Shown here: piece by piece, positions 41,208-51,700 of the stretch
How the letters are laid out: each line of letters opens with the position of its first letter
Numbering within the stretch: position 1 is the first letter of the stretch
Source of the DNA: an uncultured delta proteobacterium
GTDB lineage: Bacteria > Myxococcota_A > Polyangia > Polyangiales > Polyangiaceae
Direction: 5' to 3'
Assembly: GCA_963806225.1 (NCBI GenBank)
Contig: CAWDXG010000004.1
Span: forward strand, 5,120,001 to 5,184,000
Length of the DNA stretch: 64,000 bases
Position numbers and translations under genes: made by a program
The notes under the pieces: model-generated
Seen by the model: the letters and a program-made list of their open reading frames with translations, nothing else
The model's database searches: none
What the model was told of the DNA's origin: nothing

Positions 41208-41279
41208 GAGCCGGATGCGCAAATCGCGCCCGTCCGGATCTGTGGGGGGCCCGGGCGGCAACGCCCGGGCCTACCCGAC
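41208..41279 (+). ncRNA. group II intron domains V and VI
   Basis: GAGCCGGATGCGC-AAATC-GCGC-CC-GTCCGGATC (DV with AGC triad), then GGGGGGCCCGGGC-GGCAAC-GCCCGGGCCT-A-CCC-GAC (DVI with bulged A). Confidence 0.88.
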
Positions 41280-41309
41280 TTGATCCCCGCGTCCAGGGGC
41301 TGCGTCGCG

Positions 41310-43292
41310 CTACTCGGGGTCGCAGGGCCCTTGGCAGGTGTTCTCGATCAGGCCGCCGGGCTTGAAGAAGCGGTTGATCTGCTCCTCGCCCGCCGGCTGG
41401 ATGCGGACGCCTTCGTGGACGGGGTTCGACATGGCGCTGCTCTCGGCCTTGATGCCAGGCAGCGGGTCGACGCCGAAATCGAACTCGACGATGGCCGAGC
41501 CGTCGACGGGCGCCTTCGCGTCGGGCACGCCGACGATGGGCTCGGGCGCGGGCACCAGGTGTTCCAGTCCGAGCTCGCGCGCGTACAGGTGCGACGCGAT
41601 GTTCGGAACTGCCGCGTCGCCGACGCCGACCTGAAGGAGCACCCGGCGCTCCGCCGGCGAGTCGGGCAGCGGATGTTCCAGCACGTCGGGCGCCCAGGTG
41701 ACCGGATCGATGCGATCGAAGGTGGTCTGCGACAGAAGAGCCAGCTTCTGCTGGGACAGCGGGTCGCTGATCACCGTGCTGATGACGAACAGGAAGGCAT
41801 TGAAGGGCTGCGCCCGGAACATCATCAGTGACAGATCCGCCCCGCCGACGCCCAGCGTGCCGCGCTCCGCATTCGGAGCCAGGGCCAGGTACGTGCCGCC
41901 CAGGATGCCGCCGAGGCTGATGCCGTAGAAGTACAGATGCGCCGGGTCGTAGGCGGGCGCGCCGTTGACGGCGAGCTGGGGCAGCGAAGCGAGCGGCCCC
42001 TTGGCGGCGTAGGAAAGGGCGATGAAGTTCGCCATGCCCTGGTGCACCCGGTCGGTGAAGGCGGCCGTGTTGCCCGGGTGCTGCTGTATCGTATCGATCA
42101 CGACGCCCCTGTCGGGCTTGCTCATCCCCCACCAGTCTGCCGCCACCACGACGAACTTGTATTGGTTCGCGAACTTGTAGACGAAGTGATTTTCCGCCTC
42201 GTGGCGATCGCCGAAGAATCCGTGCCCGAACTGCAGCAGGCGCGCCGGAGGGTCGCCGGGCGCGGCATTCGCGACGCTCTCGGGGATGATCACCGTGAAC
42301 GGCACGTCCGCCTCGCCCTTGGCAGTCACCTTGCCGTTCTTGTCGTAGTTCAGCTGCGCTCCCGGGTCGGGCGAGTCGACGTACAGCGGCACCTTCATGC
42401 TGGCCTCGATCACCCGGTATGTGTCCGCGTTGACGTTGTTCTTGACGCTCTTGACGGTGATGGCTGGCGGCGCCTGCTTCATGCGCGTGACGAGGTCGCT
42501 TCGCACGGCCAGCATGTCGCGGGTGACGCTCTCGTTGGACTCGGTGGTGAAGTCCCAGGCGAGCTGCAGCTTGTTGCGATCCACGCCGGCCTTTTCCAGC
42601 ACCGGGAAGATGTCCTTTTCGTAGTGGTCGGCGATGGGCGCGAGCACCTTGTTGTCCTCGGCGACGCCGTCGCGGATGCGGCGGAAGCCTTCGGGCGGCT
42701 TGACGGCCCTGCCGCTCTTGTCGACGAGCCGGGAGATCGCGACGATGTAGCGGGTCTGATCCTTCAGCCGGACCAGCGGGCGGATCAGCATCGCGCGTTC
42801 CGCGTCGTCGCTTGCACGCGGGTCGAGCTCGGCCATGTGGAGCACGCGCTCGCCGGTGTCCGCTTCGATGAGGGCCGTGGGGCTGTCCGCCGTCAGCGAC
42901 TTCGACAGGTCGCCGGTCCAGGTGACGAGATTCGAGTCGTCCACGCCGCCGGGAAACAGCGCCATGATCTGCGTCCCGTGCGAAAAACCATCGGCGGGAT
43001 GCTGTGCCAGGAGGTCGACCGGGTCTCCCTTGTCGGTGCGGAACAGCGCGGGGTCATCGATCTCGACGCGGTGCCCGCTCGGCATCGACGGATCGTCGAC
43101 CAGGAAGAAGTCGGACGGGAACGGCAGCAGGCAGTCCCAGCTCGCGTCGAGCGGATTGCAGCCCGGCGGAGTCTCGAGCTTCGGCGAGCTCGCGTCCGGA
43201 GACGAGCCGCAGCCGAGCGGCAGCGCGAAGAGCAGGACGGTCAGGAGCAGGCGGCGGACCGGCCACGGCCGGCGCGAAGGGGCGCGTTCCAT
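41310..43292 (-). CDS. secreted lipoprotein with alpha/beta hydrolase (lipase-like) domain
   Basis: Lipobox LPLGC; PFPSD and DGFS N-terminal domain; FGHGFFG; GISLGG nucleophile elbow; GDAAVPN; C-terminal His. Confidence 0.75.
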   Translation of the reverse strand: MERAPSRRPWPVRRLLLTVLLFALPLGCGSSPDASSPKLETPPGCNPLDASWDCLLPFPSDFFLVDDPSMPSGHRVEIDDPALFRTDKGDPVDLLAQHPADGFSHGTQIMALFPGGVDDSNLVTWTGDLSKSLTADSPTALIEADTGERVLHMAELDPRASDDAERAMLIRPLVRLKDQTRYIVAISRLVDKSGRAVKPPEGFRRIRDGVAEDNKVLAPIADHYEKDIFPVLEKAGVDRNKLQLAWDFTTESNESVTRDMLAVRSDLVTRMKQAPPAITVKSVKNNVNADTYRVIEASMKVPLYVDSPDPGAQLNYDKNGKVTAKGEADVPFTVIIPESVANAAPGDPPARLLQFGHGFFGDRHEAENHFVYKFANQYKFVVVAADWWGMSKPDRGVVIDTIQQHPGNTAAFTDRVHQGMANFIALSYAAKGPLASLPQLAVNGAPAYDPAHLYFYGISLGGILGGTYLALAPNAERGTLGVGGADLSLMMFRAQPFNAFLFVISTVISDPLSQQKLALLSQTTFDRIDPVTWAPDVLEHPLPDSPAERRVLLQVGVGDAAVPNIASHLYARELGLEHLVPAPEPIVGVPDAKAPVDGSAIVEFDFGVDPLPGIKAESSAMSNPVHEGVRIQPAGEEQINRFFKPGGLIENTCQGPCDPE

Positions 43293-43348
43293 CACGCGCC
43301 CATCTTCGGCCCTCGTGCCGTTCGCGCGCAAGCGCGGGCGGACGCCGT

Positions 43349-44770
43349 TCAGCCGATCGGCTCGTCGGCGCGCGCCAGCTCGCGGGCGCGCTGGAGTAGC
43401 GCCTCGCGCTCGTTCCGTGCGGGGTCGTCGGTCACTTCTTCCAGCAGGCTCTGCAGAATCCGACCCAGCAGGGGCCCGGGCTCGAGCCCGAGCTCGCCGA
43501 TCAGCTCACGACCGCCAATGGCCAGGTCGCGGACCGTGAGCGCGGCGCCCGCGGCGAGCGCTTGCTCGACGCGCTCGGCGAGCTCGGCGGAGCGCGCCAG
43601 GTCCGCTTCCGGGTCGCGTCCCTTGGCCAGGATGTCGGCGTGATTGAGCGCCATCAGATCCTCGATCAGGTCCGGCCCGACGCGCCGGATCCAGCGCCGC
43701 ACGGCCGCATCCGTCCAGGAAGGCTCGTAGCAGACGAGATGATGCCGAACGAGCGCCACGATGCGCTGCCGTTCCTCCGTCGAGAAACGCAATCTCGACA
43801 GGAGCGGGTCGCTCATTTCGGCTCCGATGCTTTCGTGGTCGTAGAAGGTGTAGTCGGCGCTGTCCTCGTTCCACTGCCTCGAGCGCGGCTTGCCTACGTC
43901 GTGCAAGAGGCCGGCGATGCGTAGCACCGGCGACGGCGGGCACCCGTCCATGCAGCGCATGGCGTGCGTCCAGACATCGTAGGCGTGATGGCGGTTCTGC
44001 TCGCAATCGACCGATTCCAGCAGCTCCGGGGCGGTGATGGTGAGCATGCCGTGCTGCCGCATGACATCGAAGGCGCGGCTCGGCGCACGGGCCTTCATGC
44101 TCTTGACCCATTCCTCGCGGATGCGTTCCGGGCTCACCTTGCGGTAGCTGTCGAGCGACGGTTCGATGGCCTGGGCCGTCGCGGGATCGATCGCGACCTC
44201 GAGCGTGGCGTGGAAGCGCGCCGCGCGGAGCACGCGCAGGCCGTCCTCGGCGAAACGCGCCGCGGCGTCGCCCACCGCGCGCAGCAGGTGTCGGACCAGG
44301 TCGCCCGCGCCGTCGAAGGGATCGATCAGGCGATCCTCGAGCGGATCGTAGGCGATGGCGTTGATGGTGAAATCGCGGCGCGCCAGATCGGCGACGATGT
44401 CGTCGACGAAATAGACTGAATCCGGGCGCCGGCCGTCCGAGTAGGTCGTCTCGCCGCGAAGCGTCGTCACCTCGTAGCCGTTGTCGCCGATCAGCACGGT
44501 GACCGTGCCGTGCTTGATGCCCGTCGGCACCACGCGCCGGAACAGATTCATGACCTGTTCCGGGTGGGCGTCCGTGGCGATGTCCCAGTCGTTGCGGGTC
44601 GACAGCACGTCCTGTCCGCTGGCCCTGGAGCGGATGTCCGCCAACAGCTCGTCGCGCACGCAGCCGCCCACGATCCACGAGCGGAAGCCCGAGTCGCGCA
44701 GACGCCGGCACAGGCCGCGGACATCGTCCGGCAGCATGGCGGCGAGCGTCGTGGTGTCGAGCTCCGTCAC
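43349..44770 (-). CDS. cca: tRNA nucleotidyltransferase with HD domain
   Basis: VGGCVRD, DWDIAT, RRDFTINA, EDGLRVLRAARF, LHDVGK. Confidence 0.88.
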   Translation of the reverse strand: MTELDTTTLAAMLPDDVRGLCRRLRDSGFRSWIVGGCVRDELLADIRSRASGQDVLSTRNDWDIATDAHPEQVMNLFRRVVPTGIKHGTVTVLIGDNGYEVTTLRGETTYSDGRRPDSVYFVDDIVADLARRDFTINAIAYDPLEDRLIDPFDGAGDLVRHLLRAVGDAAARFAEDGLRVLRAARFHATLEVAIDPATAQAIEPSLDSYRKVSPERIREEWVKSMKARAPSRAFDVMRQHGMLTITAPELLESVDCEQNRHHAYDVWTHAMRCMDGCPPSPVLRIAGLLHDVGKPRSRQWNEDSADYTFYDHESIGAEMSDPLLSRLRFSTEERQRIVALVRHHLVCYEPSWTDAAVRRWIRRVGPDLIEDLMALNHADILAKGRDPEADLARSAELAERVEQALAAGAALTVRDLAIGGRELIGELGLEPGPLLGRILQSLLEEVTDDPARNEREALLQRARELARADEPIG

Positions 44771-44795
44771 GGGCCGAGGTCGGCAGTCGGCGGGA

Positions 44796-46499
44796 TCAGT
44801 TGCCCCAGGGGTTGACGATCTCGCCGCCGCCGATGGTCGGGGTCTTCTTGTGGTGGGTGGGGGCGGGTGCTGCCGTGTGCGTCGGTCGGGGAGCGGGGTG
44901 CGACAGGTGCACGCTCGGGATGCGTTTCAGCTTCACGGACGCCTTCGCTTTCGAACCGTCGAGCGTGATGGTGGTGGCATCGTATCCCTTGCGGCGCACG
45001 TCGAGGCTCACGCTCTCGCCCTCGGGGATCTTGACCAGCACCGGGCTCGTTCCGAGATCCGTGTCGCCGTTGAACACATGGGCGTCGAGCGGGTCCACCG
45101 CCAGGGCCACCTGCTTCTCGGCGGGCGCCGCCGGGGTGGCGGACGCGACCGGGTCCGGCACAGTGCTGTGCTGGTCCGCTTTGGGTGTCGCTTCCGGCTT
45201 GGCCGCGACGGCCGAGGGCTCCGATGCGGTGCTCTCCGCGCTGCTCGCGAAGATGCCCACCACGATAGCCACGGCGGCCACCACGCCCGCGATCCCGGCA
45301 TACAGCGGCCACCGCCCGCGGCTGCGCATGTCGGCCGGGGTCGCTGGGACCGGCGCGGGCATGGCCGCACCCTTCTTGAAGTAGTCGGCCGGGACGTTGA
45401 AGCCGCCCGAACGCGCCATCATCTCCGGGACGGCATCGGGCACCAGCCCGTCGCGCATCTTGTCGAGCTCCTCGATCACCTCGTCCATCGACTGGTAGCG
45501 CTGCTCCGGGCGCTTCGAGAGGCACTTCAGCACGATGGCCTCGAGCCCCGGCGGCACGTCCTGCGGCTGCGGCACGAGCGCGCGGATCGGAACCGGCGCC
45601 TTGTACATGTGCTGCGTCAGGATGCCCATGAAGTTGTCGGCATCGAACGGAACGCGACCGCTGGACAGCTCGTAGAGGATGACGCCGAAGGAGTAGATGT
45701 CGCCGCGGTGATCGATGGGCGCGCCCGCCGCCTGTTCGGGCGACATGTAGTGCGGCGTGCCGAACACGGCGCCGGCGCGCGTGAGCTTGCCCTCGCCGGT
45801 GGACACCTTGGCGATGCCGAAGTCGAGGACCTTCACGAAGTCCTTCTCGCCGCCGCGCGTGATCAGGTAGATGTTGTCCGGCTTGAGATCGCGGTGGACG
45901 ATGTCTGCCTGGTGCGCCGCGGAGAGGCCCTCGGCCAGCTGCCGGGCGATGTGAAGCATGCGCTGGATCGGGATCGGCTTGTCGTCGTCGATGACGTCCG
46001 TGAGCGGGATGCCCTCGAGGTATTCCATCACGAAGTACGTCGATCCGTCGGGCAGCTGTCCGAAGTCGCTGATGTCGATGATGTGCTGGTTGCCGATCGC
46101 GGAGGCTGCTCGCGCTTCGTTCAGGAAGCGCTCGGTGACCTCGTTGTCGCGCGCCATGTCGGCGCGCAGCACCTTCATCGCCACCTTCTTGTCGATGATC
46201 TTGTGGCGGCAGCGGTAGACGACGCCCATGCCGCCTTCGCCGAGCACCGCTTCCACCTTGTACCGCCCGTCGATGGTGCACCCGATGTACGGGTCCTTCG
46301 ACGGCGGCGGCGGGCGCATGCTCTCGGGGTCGGCTTCGGCCTCGATGTAGTCCGACACCTGCCCGTCCGGAATGGACATGCCGCCGGGCGAGACGGTGAC
46401 GATCTTGAGCCCGCTGGAGCGCTTCAGCTTCTGCATGGAGTCTGGCTCCGGGGCGGCTTCCGTCGGGGACGACCCCTTGTGCTGGTGCTGCTCGCTCAT
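44796..46499 (-). CDS. membrane Ser/Thr protein kinase with PEGA-like C-terminus
   Basis: GEGGMGVVY, VAMK, HRDLKPDN, DFGIAK, GTPHYMSPEQ, TM, then LGTSP...RKGY. Confidence 0.93.
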   Translation of the reverse strand: MSEQHQHKGSSPTEAAPEPDSMQKLKRSSGLKIVTVSPGGMSIPDGQVSDYIEAEADPESMRPPPPSKDPYIGCTIDGRYKVEAVLGEGGMGVVYRCRHKIIDKKVAMKVLRADMARDNEVTERFLNEARAASAIGNQHIIDISDFGQLPDGSTYFVMEYLEGIPLTDVIDDDKPIPIQRMLHIARQLAEGLSAAHQADIVHRDLKPDNIYLITRGGEKDFVKVLDFGIAKVSTGEGKLTRAGAVFGTPHYMSPEQAAGAPIDHRGDIYSFGVILYELSSGRVPFDADNFMGILTQHMYKAPVPIRALVPQPQDVPPGLEAIVLKCLSKRPEQRYQSMDEVIEELDKMRDGLVPDAVPEMMARSGGFNVPADYFKKGAAMPAPVPATPADMRSRGRWPLYAGIAGVVAAVAIVVGIFASSAESTASEPSAVAAKPEATPKADQHSTVPDPVASATPAAPAEKQVALAVDPLDAHVFNGDTDLGTSPVLVKIPEGESVSLDVRRKGYDATTITLDGSKAKASVKLKRIPSVHLSHPAPRPTHTAAPAPTHHKKTPTIGGGEIVNPWGN

Positions 46500-46806
46500 G
46501 GGGGAACCTGACAAATCTAGGCCGAACGGGGGGAGCGCTCCAGTTTTTCCGGGGCGGCGGCGGCCAGCACAGGCAAGGCTTGATACTGCGCATGGGTTCA
46601 ATGCCAGGCGTGGGGTCGGAGGGTGCCCGTCACAGTGCAAATGGCAGGCCGCCCCAGTTGCCCGGAAAAGTGCGGCATATCCCCAGGGCACCCTGGACAC
46701 GCGTGGACGCCAGTCCGCAATCGTTGCATAGCGTCCCGACACGAGGCCGGCGGCCGCTTGCGGCTGTCGCGCCGGTACTCCGGTCTGCTACACCCGCCCT
46801 GCCCCC

Positions 46807-48427
46807 ATGGGATTCTCCCTCGAGCTCGCTCTCCGCTACATGCGGTCGCGCAAGCGGGCCTTCGTGTCCGTCGGGACGATGTTCGCCATCATCGGCGTGT
46901 CGCTGGGGGTGGCGGCGCTCGCGACGGTGATGAGCGTGACGGGCGGGTTCCGCGAGGAGTTCCGCAACAAGGTGCTGGGGGTGAACGCCCACGTCCTGGT
47001 TCTGAAATACTCCAGCGATTTCCGCGGAATACCGGAAAATCATGAAGGAGATGAAAAAGGTGCCGGGCGTGATCGGCGTCGCGCCGTTCGTGATCAATCC
47101 GATGATGGTCACACACGGTGAGCACACGGCGACCGGTGTGCTGCTCAAGGGCATCGACCCGAAGCTGATGCCGAGCGTGCTCGATCTCCCGAAGCACATG
47201 GTCGAGGGCAGCTTGAAGGGACTTCGCCTGTCTGGTGCGAAGCCGCCAGGCCGCCGGCGCAGCGGAGTGCTCGACGACGACTTCGGCACCGGCTCCGACC
47301 TGCCCCCGCTGCCGCCGATCGGGAGCGCCGGCAAGCCGTCTCCGCTGATGCAGGCGATCCGGAAATCCGCCGGCGTGGAGCTGGATGCAGGGGCGGCGGC
47401 GTCGGATGCCGCTCCGGAAGTGCCGGACGCGGGCCTGGCGGCGCCCGACGAGCCTGACGCGACCGACGCGGGCGACGAGGCGGGCGCCGACGAGCTTCCG
47501 CCCGACGCGCCCCTCGGCGATGTCGTTCCCGATGGCGGCTATGCCAGCAAGCTGCCGGAAGACGATGCGCTGCCTCCGGACGTGAACCCGGACCCCTGCC
47601 AGAATCCGGTGGCGATCAAGCACCTGCCGGGCATCGTCATCGGCATCACGCTGGCGAAGAACCTCGAGGTCAAGATCGGGGACTGCGTGCAGGTGACCTC
47701 CCCGACCATCGGCTTCACGTATTCGCACGGGGCGATCCGCGCGCCTGTCGCCAAGGAATTCCGGGTTGTCGGCATCTTCGACGCCGGTTTCGACCAGTAC
47801 GACTCGAAGCTCGTCTACACCGACCTGTACCAGGCGCAGGCGTTCTACGACTCGGGCGACAGCGTCACCGGGGTCGAGATGAAGGTGAACGATATCGACA
47901 ACGCGCCTGCCATCGCGCGCGACATCGACCACCGGCTCTCCAACGGCATCTACCACACGATGACCTGGGAGGAGCTGAATCACGGGCTCTTCACGGCGCT
48001 CAGAATCCAGCAGATCCTGATGAGCCTGGTACTGGCGCTCATCATCATCGTGGCTGCGTTCACCGTGATCGCGACGCTGATCATGGTGGTGCTCGACAAG
48101 AAGAAGGAAATCGCCGTGCTCAAGGCGATGGGCGCGACCGACGGAGCGCTGCTCCGCGCCTTCCTCTACCAGGGCGCCATCATCGGGATCATCGGGACCG
48201 CCGTGGGTCTCGCGCTCGGTTTTTCCGTCTGCAAGGGCATCCTGGTCTACGGCTTCCCGCTCGACCCGAAGGTGTATTTCATCTCGCACCTGCCGGTGCA
48301 GGTGAAACCGCTGGAGTTCGTGCTGGTGGGGGCGTTCGCGATCATCGTGTGCCTGATCGCCACCGTATGGCCCGCGATGTACGCCTCGCGGCTCCGCCCG
48401 GCCGAAGCTTTCCGCGAGCAGCAGTAG
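46807..48427 (+). CDS. lolE: LolC/E-family lipoprotein-releasing ABC permease (frameshift at about 47027)
   Basis: LALRYMRSRK...GVSLGVAAL..VMSV.GGF; after an extra G the frame continues EYRKIMKEM...LKGIDP...KKKEIAVLKAMGA...YFISHLPV...A..LRPAEAFR. Confidence 0.85.
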
Positions 48428-48599
48428 AATTTTCCAGTGCTGGCTGCGGCTCCGGCCAATCGGTTGACAGGGCCCGGCTTGCCGTCCGGTGACCGGAACA
48501 TGTCCATTGCCCGTTAGGAGGTTAACGGCTAGGGTCCGCGCCTCTTGGAGGTCGGCGCAGGCGCGCTGTTTACGACCTGGGATCCTGCGACGCAGCAGA

Positions 48600-48615
48600 T
48601 GGCCCAGGACTTGCT
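48600..48615 (+). promoter_or_regulatory. sigma54 (-24/-12) promoter
   Basis: TGGCCCAGGACTTGCT matches TGGC-N7-TTGCT. Confidence 0.7.
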
Positions 48616-48711
48616 TTGCGCTCGACCGCTGGGATTTCTCTCGCCGCCGAGCGGCTTGAAGTCAGCGCCTCGGGACAGCCCCGACGCCATCCAGGGAAGA
48701 GGAGAGCGGTA

Positions 48712-51700
48712 ATGAACAGGTGGACTACTTGGCTCGTGCGCGGACTGGCACTTTCCGTGCTGGTACTTGCGGGTTGCGCCCAGGAGCGCGCGCCAATCAA
48801 TCGCGTGCAGCCGAACGCGTTGGACAAGTCGTTCTTCGTTGGAGCGAAGCTCAACGACGACTCGGACAATCCGGAATTCTACGCGAGAGCGTTCGTGATC
48901 GACGGGTCCGCCCAGCAGAGCGACATCAGCGTGGGCCTCTACTCGGGTACCGACCGCATCAAGTGGGAGATCACCGAGGACGCGCTGATTGCTCGTAAAT
49001 CCTATCAGATTGCCCAGGGACAGAACGACAAGGGCGTCCCCGGTGGCACGAAGGTGAACGGGACGATCGTCGCCAAGTACAAGATCCTCAGCCACTTCGA
49101 CATCAAGCGGGCCTACAACCCGCAGACCGGCGAACAGCTGAACATCGTCGAGGAAAACACCACCGACCGTCCCTGGCAGGAGCGCAAGTACATGCGCGTG
49201 GACTGGTCCACGAACGAGGTCGTCGACCCGATGTGGACCGAGATGTTCTTCGGCAAGATCTTCGGCAGCGAGACGGTCGAGCCGCTGACCTACACGGTGA
49301 ACGACCCGACCAGCGAAGACGCGCCGCACTTCGAGCAGAAGGACGGCTACTTCGACATCACCAACAAGTACTACATCTCGCCCGAGAAGACGGCGCTGTG
49401 GGGGATGCAGCTCCCGACCTGCGTGCTGATCGGTCTGTACACCGGCACCACCACCAACGACTGCAACGCGCAGGAAGCCACGGTCCGCCACAGCTTCTGG
49501 AAGGTCGACCCGAACCACGACTTCGAGCCGACCGAGAACACGAAGCGCAAGATGGACATCATCGCGAACTTCGGTGGCGCCGGTTCTAGCTTCGAGCCCG
49601 CGTTCCAGGGCGGGACCACGCAGTGCTGGGACCCGCAGTACGGCTACACGCAGGCGTGCTTCCACCAGTATCTGAACAAGCTCAACCTGTGGGAGCAGAG
49701 CCACCAGCGCATCGGCTCCTGCGAGGCTGACTCCGACTGCGTGGGCAAGGGCCTGCCCGACGGCTCGAAGTGCATGCCCAACCACACCTGCTCGGTGGCC
49801 TGCACCTCGGATGTCGACAAGAACGCCGACGGCACCGCCGACCAGTGCGCCAAGAGCCGCACCGGATACAAGGGCAGCGACGGCGCGCAGTGCGACACGA
49901 CGATGCACGAGTGCACGATCCCGGTGCGGGACCGCCAGCTCGCGGCCCAGGGCTACTGGCTGAACAAGGAGACGCCCGCCGAGCTGCTCGACCAGCTCGA
50001 CAAGACCGGCGCTCCCACCAGCGCGATGCTCGGCGCCGACGGCAAGCCGGCTGCCTCCGACGCGCCCTACAAGGTGCCGGAGTTCCGCGGCTCGATGGAA
50101 GATGTCATCAAGTCCTGGAACCAGCTGATCACCACGGCGATCGCCTACGGCCGCGAGGTCGAGTGCCGGCGCACCGGCGAGGACGGCACGGTCAAGGACC
50201 CCAAGAAGGCCCGCAGCGACTGTCACGCCAAGTACTTCGTGACCAACGGCGGCAACGACGTGACCCAGATGATCGCGTTCGGCGGCTGGGGCATCCCGAC
50301 GCCGAAGGTCCTCGATCAGGACGATCCGGCGGCTCTGGTGGCCTGCCACGCTCCCGTGCGTGACTACGACTTCCAGAAGGTCTGCGGCCAGGTCACGGCA
50401 AAGACGTGCGACCCCTCCAGCACCGCCAAGCAGTGCGCTGCCGGCTTGGGCTGCAACCCCGAGGGTCACTGCGCCGACGTTGCGCGCAACGGCGACCAGC
50501 GCAAGAACATGATCTTCTACTGGCCGTGGGATTCGGCTGCACACTACGGCGGCGTCGCCGGTCTGGGTGGTGATCCCGAGACGGGCGAAGAGCACGGCGT
50601 GACCGCCACCATCATGGGGCGTTCGGCCACGCGCGCTGCGGCCATCTATCGCGACTACCTGCAGACCGCGATGGGCGACTTCAGCGTCGACGACGTTACG
50701 GCGGGCGTGCCGCAGCACGTCTACAACAAGATCATGGCGAACGGCTATTCGCCGGACAGCGCCATGGCCCGCAAGGCCCGCGGCGCCACGGTCGCCTACT
50801 CGAACCCCGGCGACGGCAGCAGTGCCGGCGCGACTCCTGCGAGCGCTCCGCAGACGAGCAACAGCCCGAGCATCCCCGCGGGTGGGGTGACGGGAACGTC
50901 GCAGTCGGCGCAGCAGCTTTCGCAGCGCGACAACCTCATCCGGCTCGCCCAGGACCGCGCGAACAGCACCCTGAACGTCACGCTGCAGAACACCGCGCAG
51001 CTGAAGTGGGACGCTCTCGCCAGCCAGCTCCGCGGCACGCCGATCGAGGCGGATCTCGTCGACCCGCACTGGGCCATGGCGACGATCGGGGCCGATCCCC
51101 GGCAGGCGCTCACCAGCGAGGAGCTGGCCGACGCTTCCCCGCTCCGCAACCTGGACCCGGGCAAGCTCGCCCTGTGGCGCGCCAAGATCGCTGGCGTCCT
51201 GGCGGATCGGGGTATCTGCTACACGAACGACGTGACGCGCATCGGCAGCGTCAACTTCCAGGGACTGGCCCGCTACTACGAGGACAAGTTCCACGACATG
51301 GGCCTGGACACCGACGTGAAGACGAAGGACTCGACGGGCCTCTGGCTGGCGGGTCCGCGTGACCCCGCTCTGGTCAAGAAGCGCGGCGACTTCATGTACA
51401 AGGACATGTTCCACGGCATGGCCACCGGCATCGCGATCCACGAGGTCGGTCACACGCTGGGCATGCGTCACAATTTCGCGTCCAGCTACGACTCGCCGAA
51501 CTACATGCCGCAGTACTGGCAGCTCCGGACCGAAGAAGGCAAGGCCTCCAAGCTGTGCCAGGATTCGAGCGGCAATTGGGTATCGCGTGACCCGGCCAAG
51601 CCCGACACCTGCATGGGGCCGCGCTTCGCCGACCCGCAGTCGCTCGACGAGGAAGGCCTCGCGCCTCCCACCAACGGCCAGAGCAACGGTCGCCCGGGCG

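Larger units (their letters stand above)
40138..41279 (+). mobile_element. 5'-truncated group II intron (RT/maturase remnant plus domains V-VI)
   Basis: RT motifs followed directly by DV/DVI and an ...AC 3' end; lower GC and atypical codon usage; RT0 and domains I-III not found. Confidence 0.88.

Noticed and set aside
39856..41279. Diversity-generating retroelement or retron
   Set aside because: The RT has group II intron motifs (GTPQGG, X domain) and is followed by DV/DVI. I saw no TR/VR pair differing at adenines and no msr/msd arrangement.
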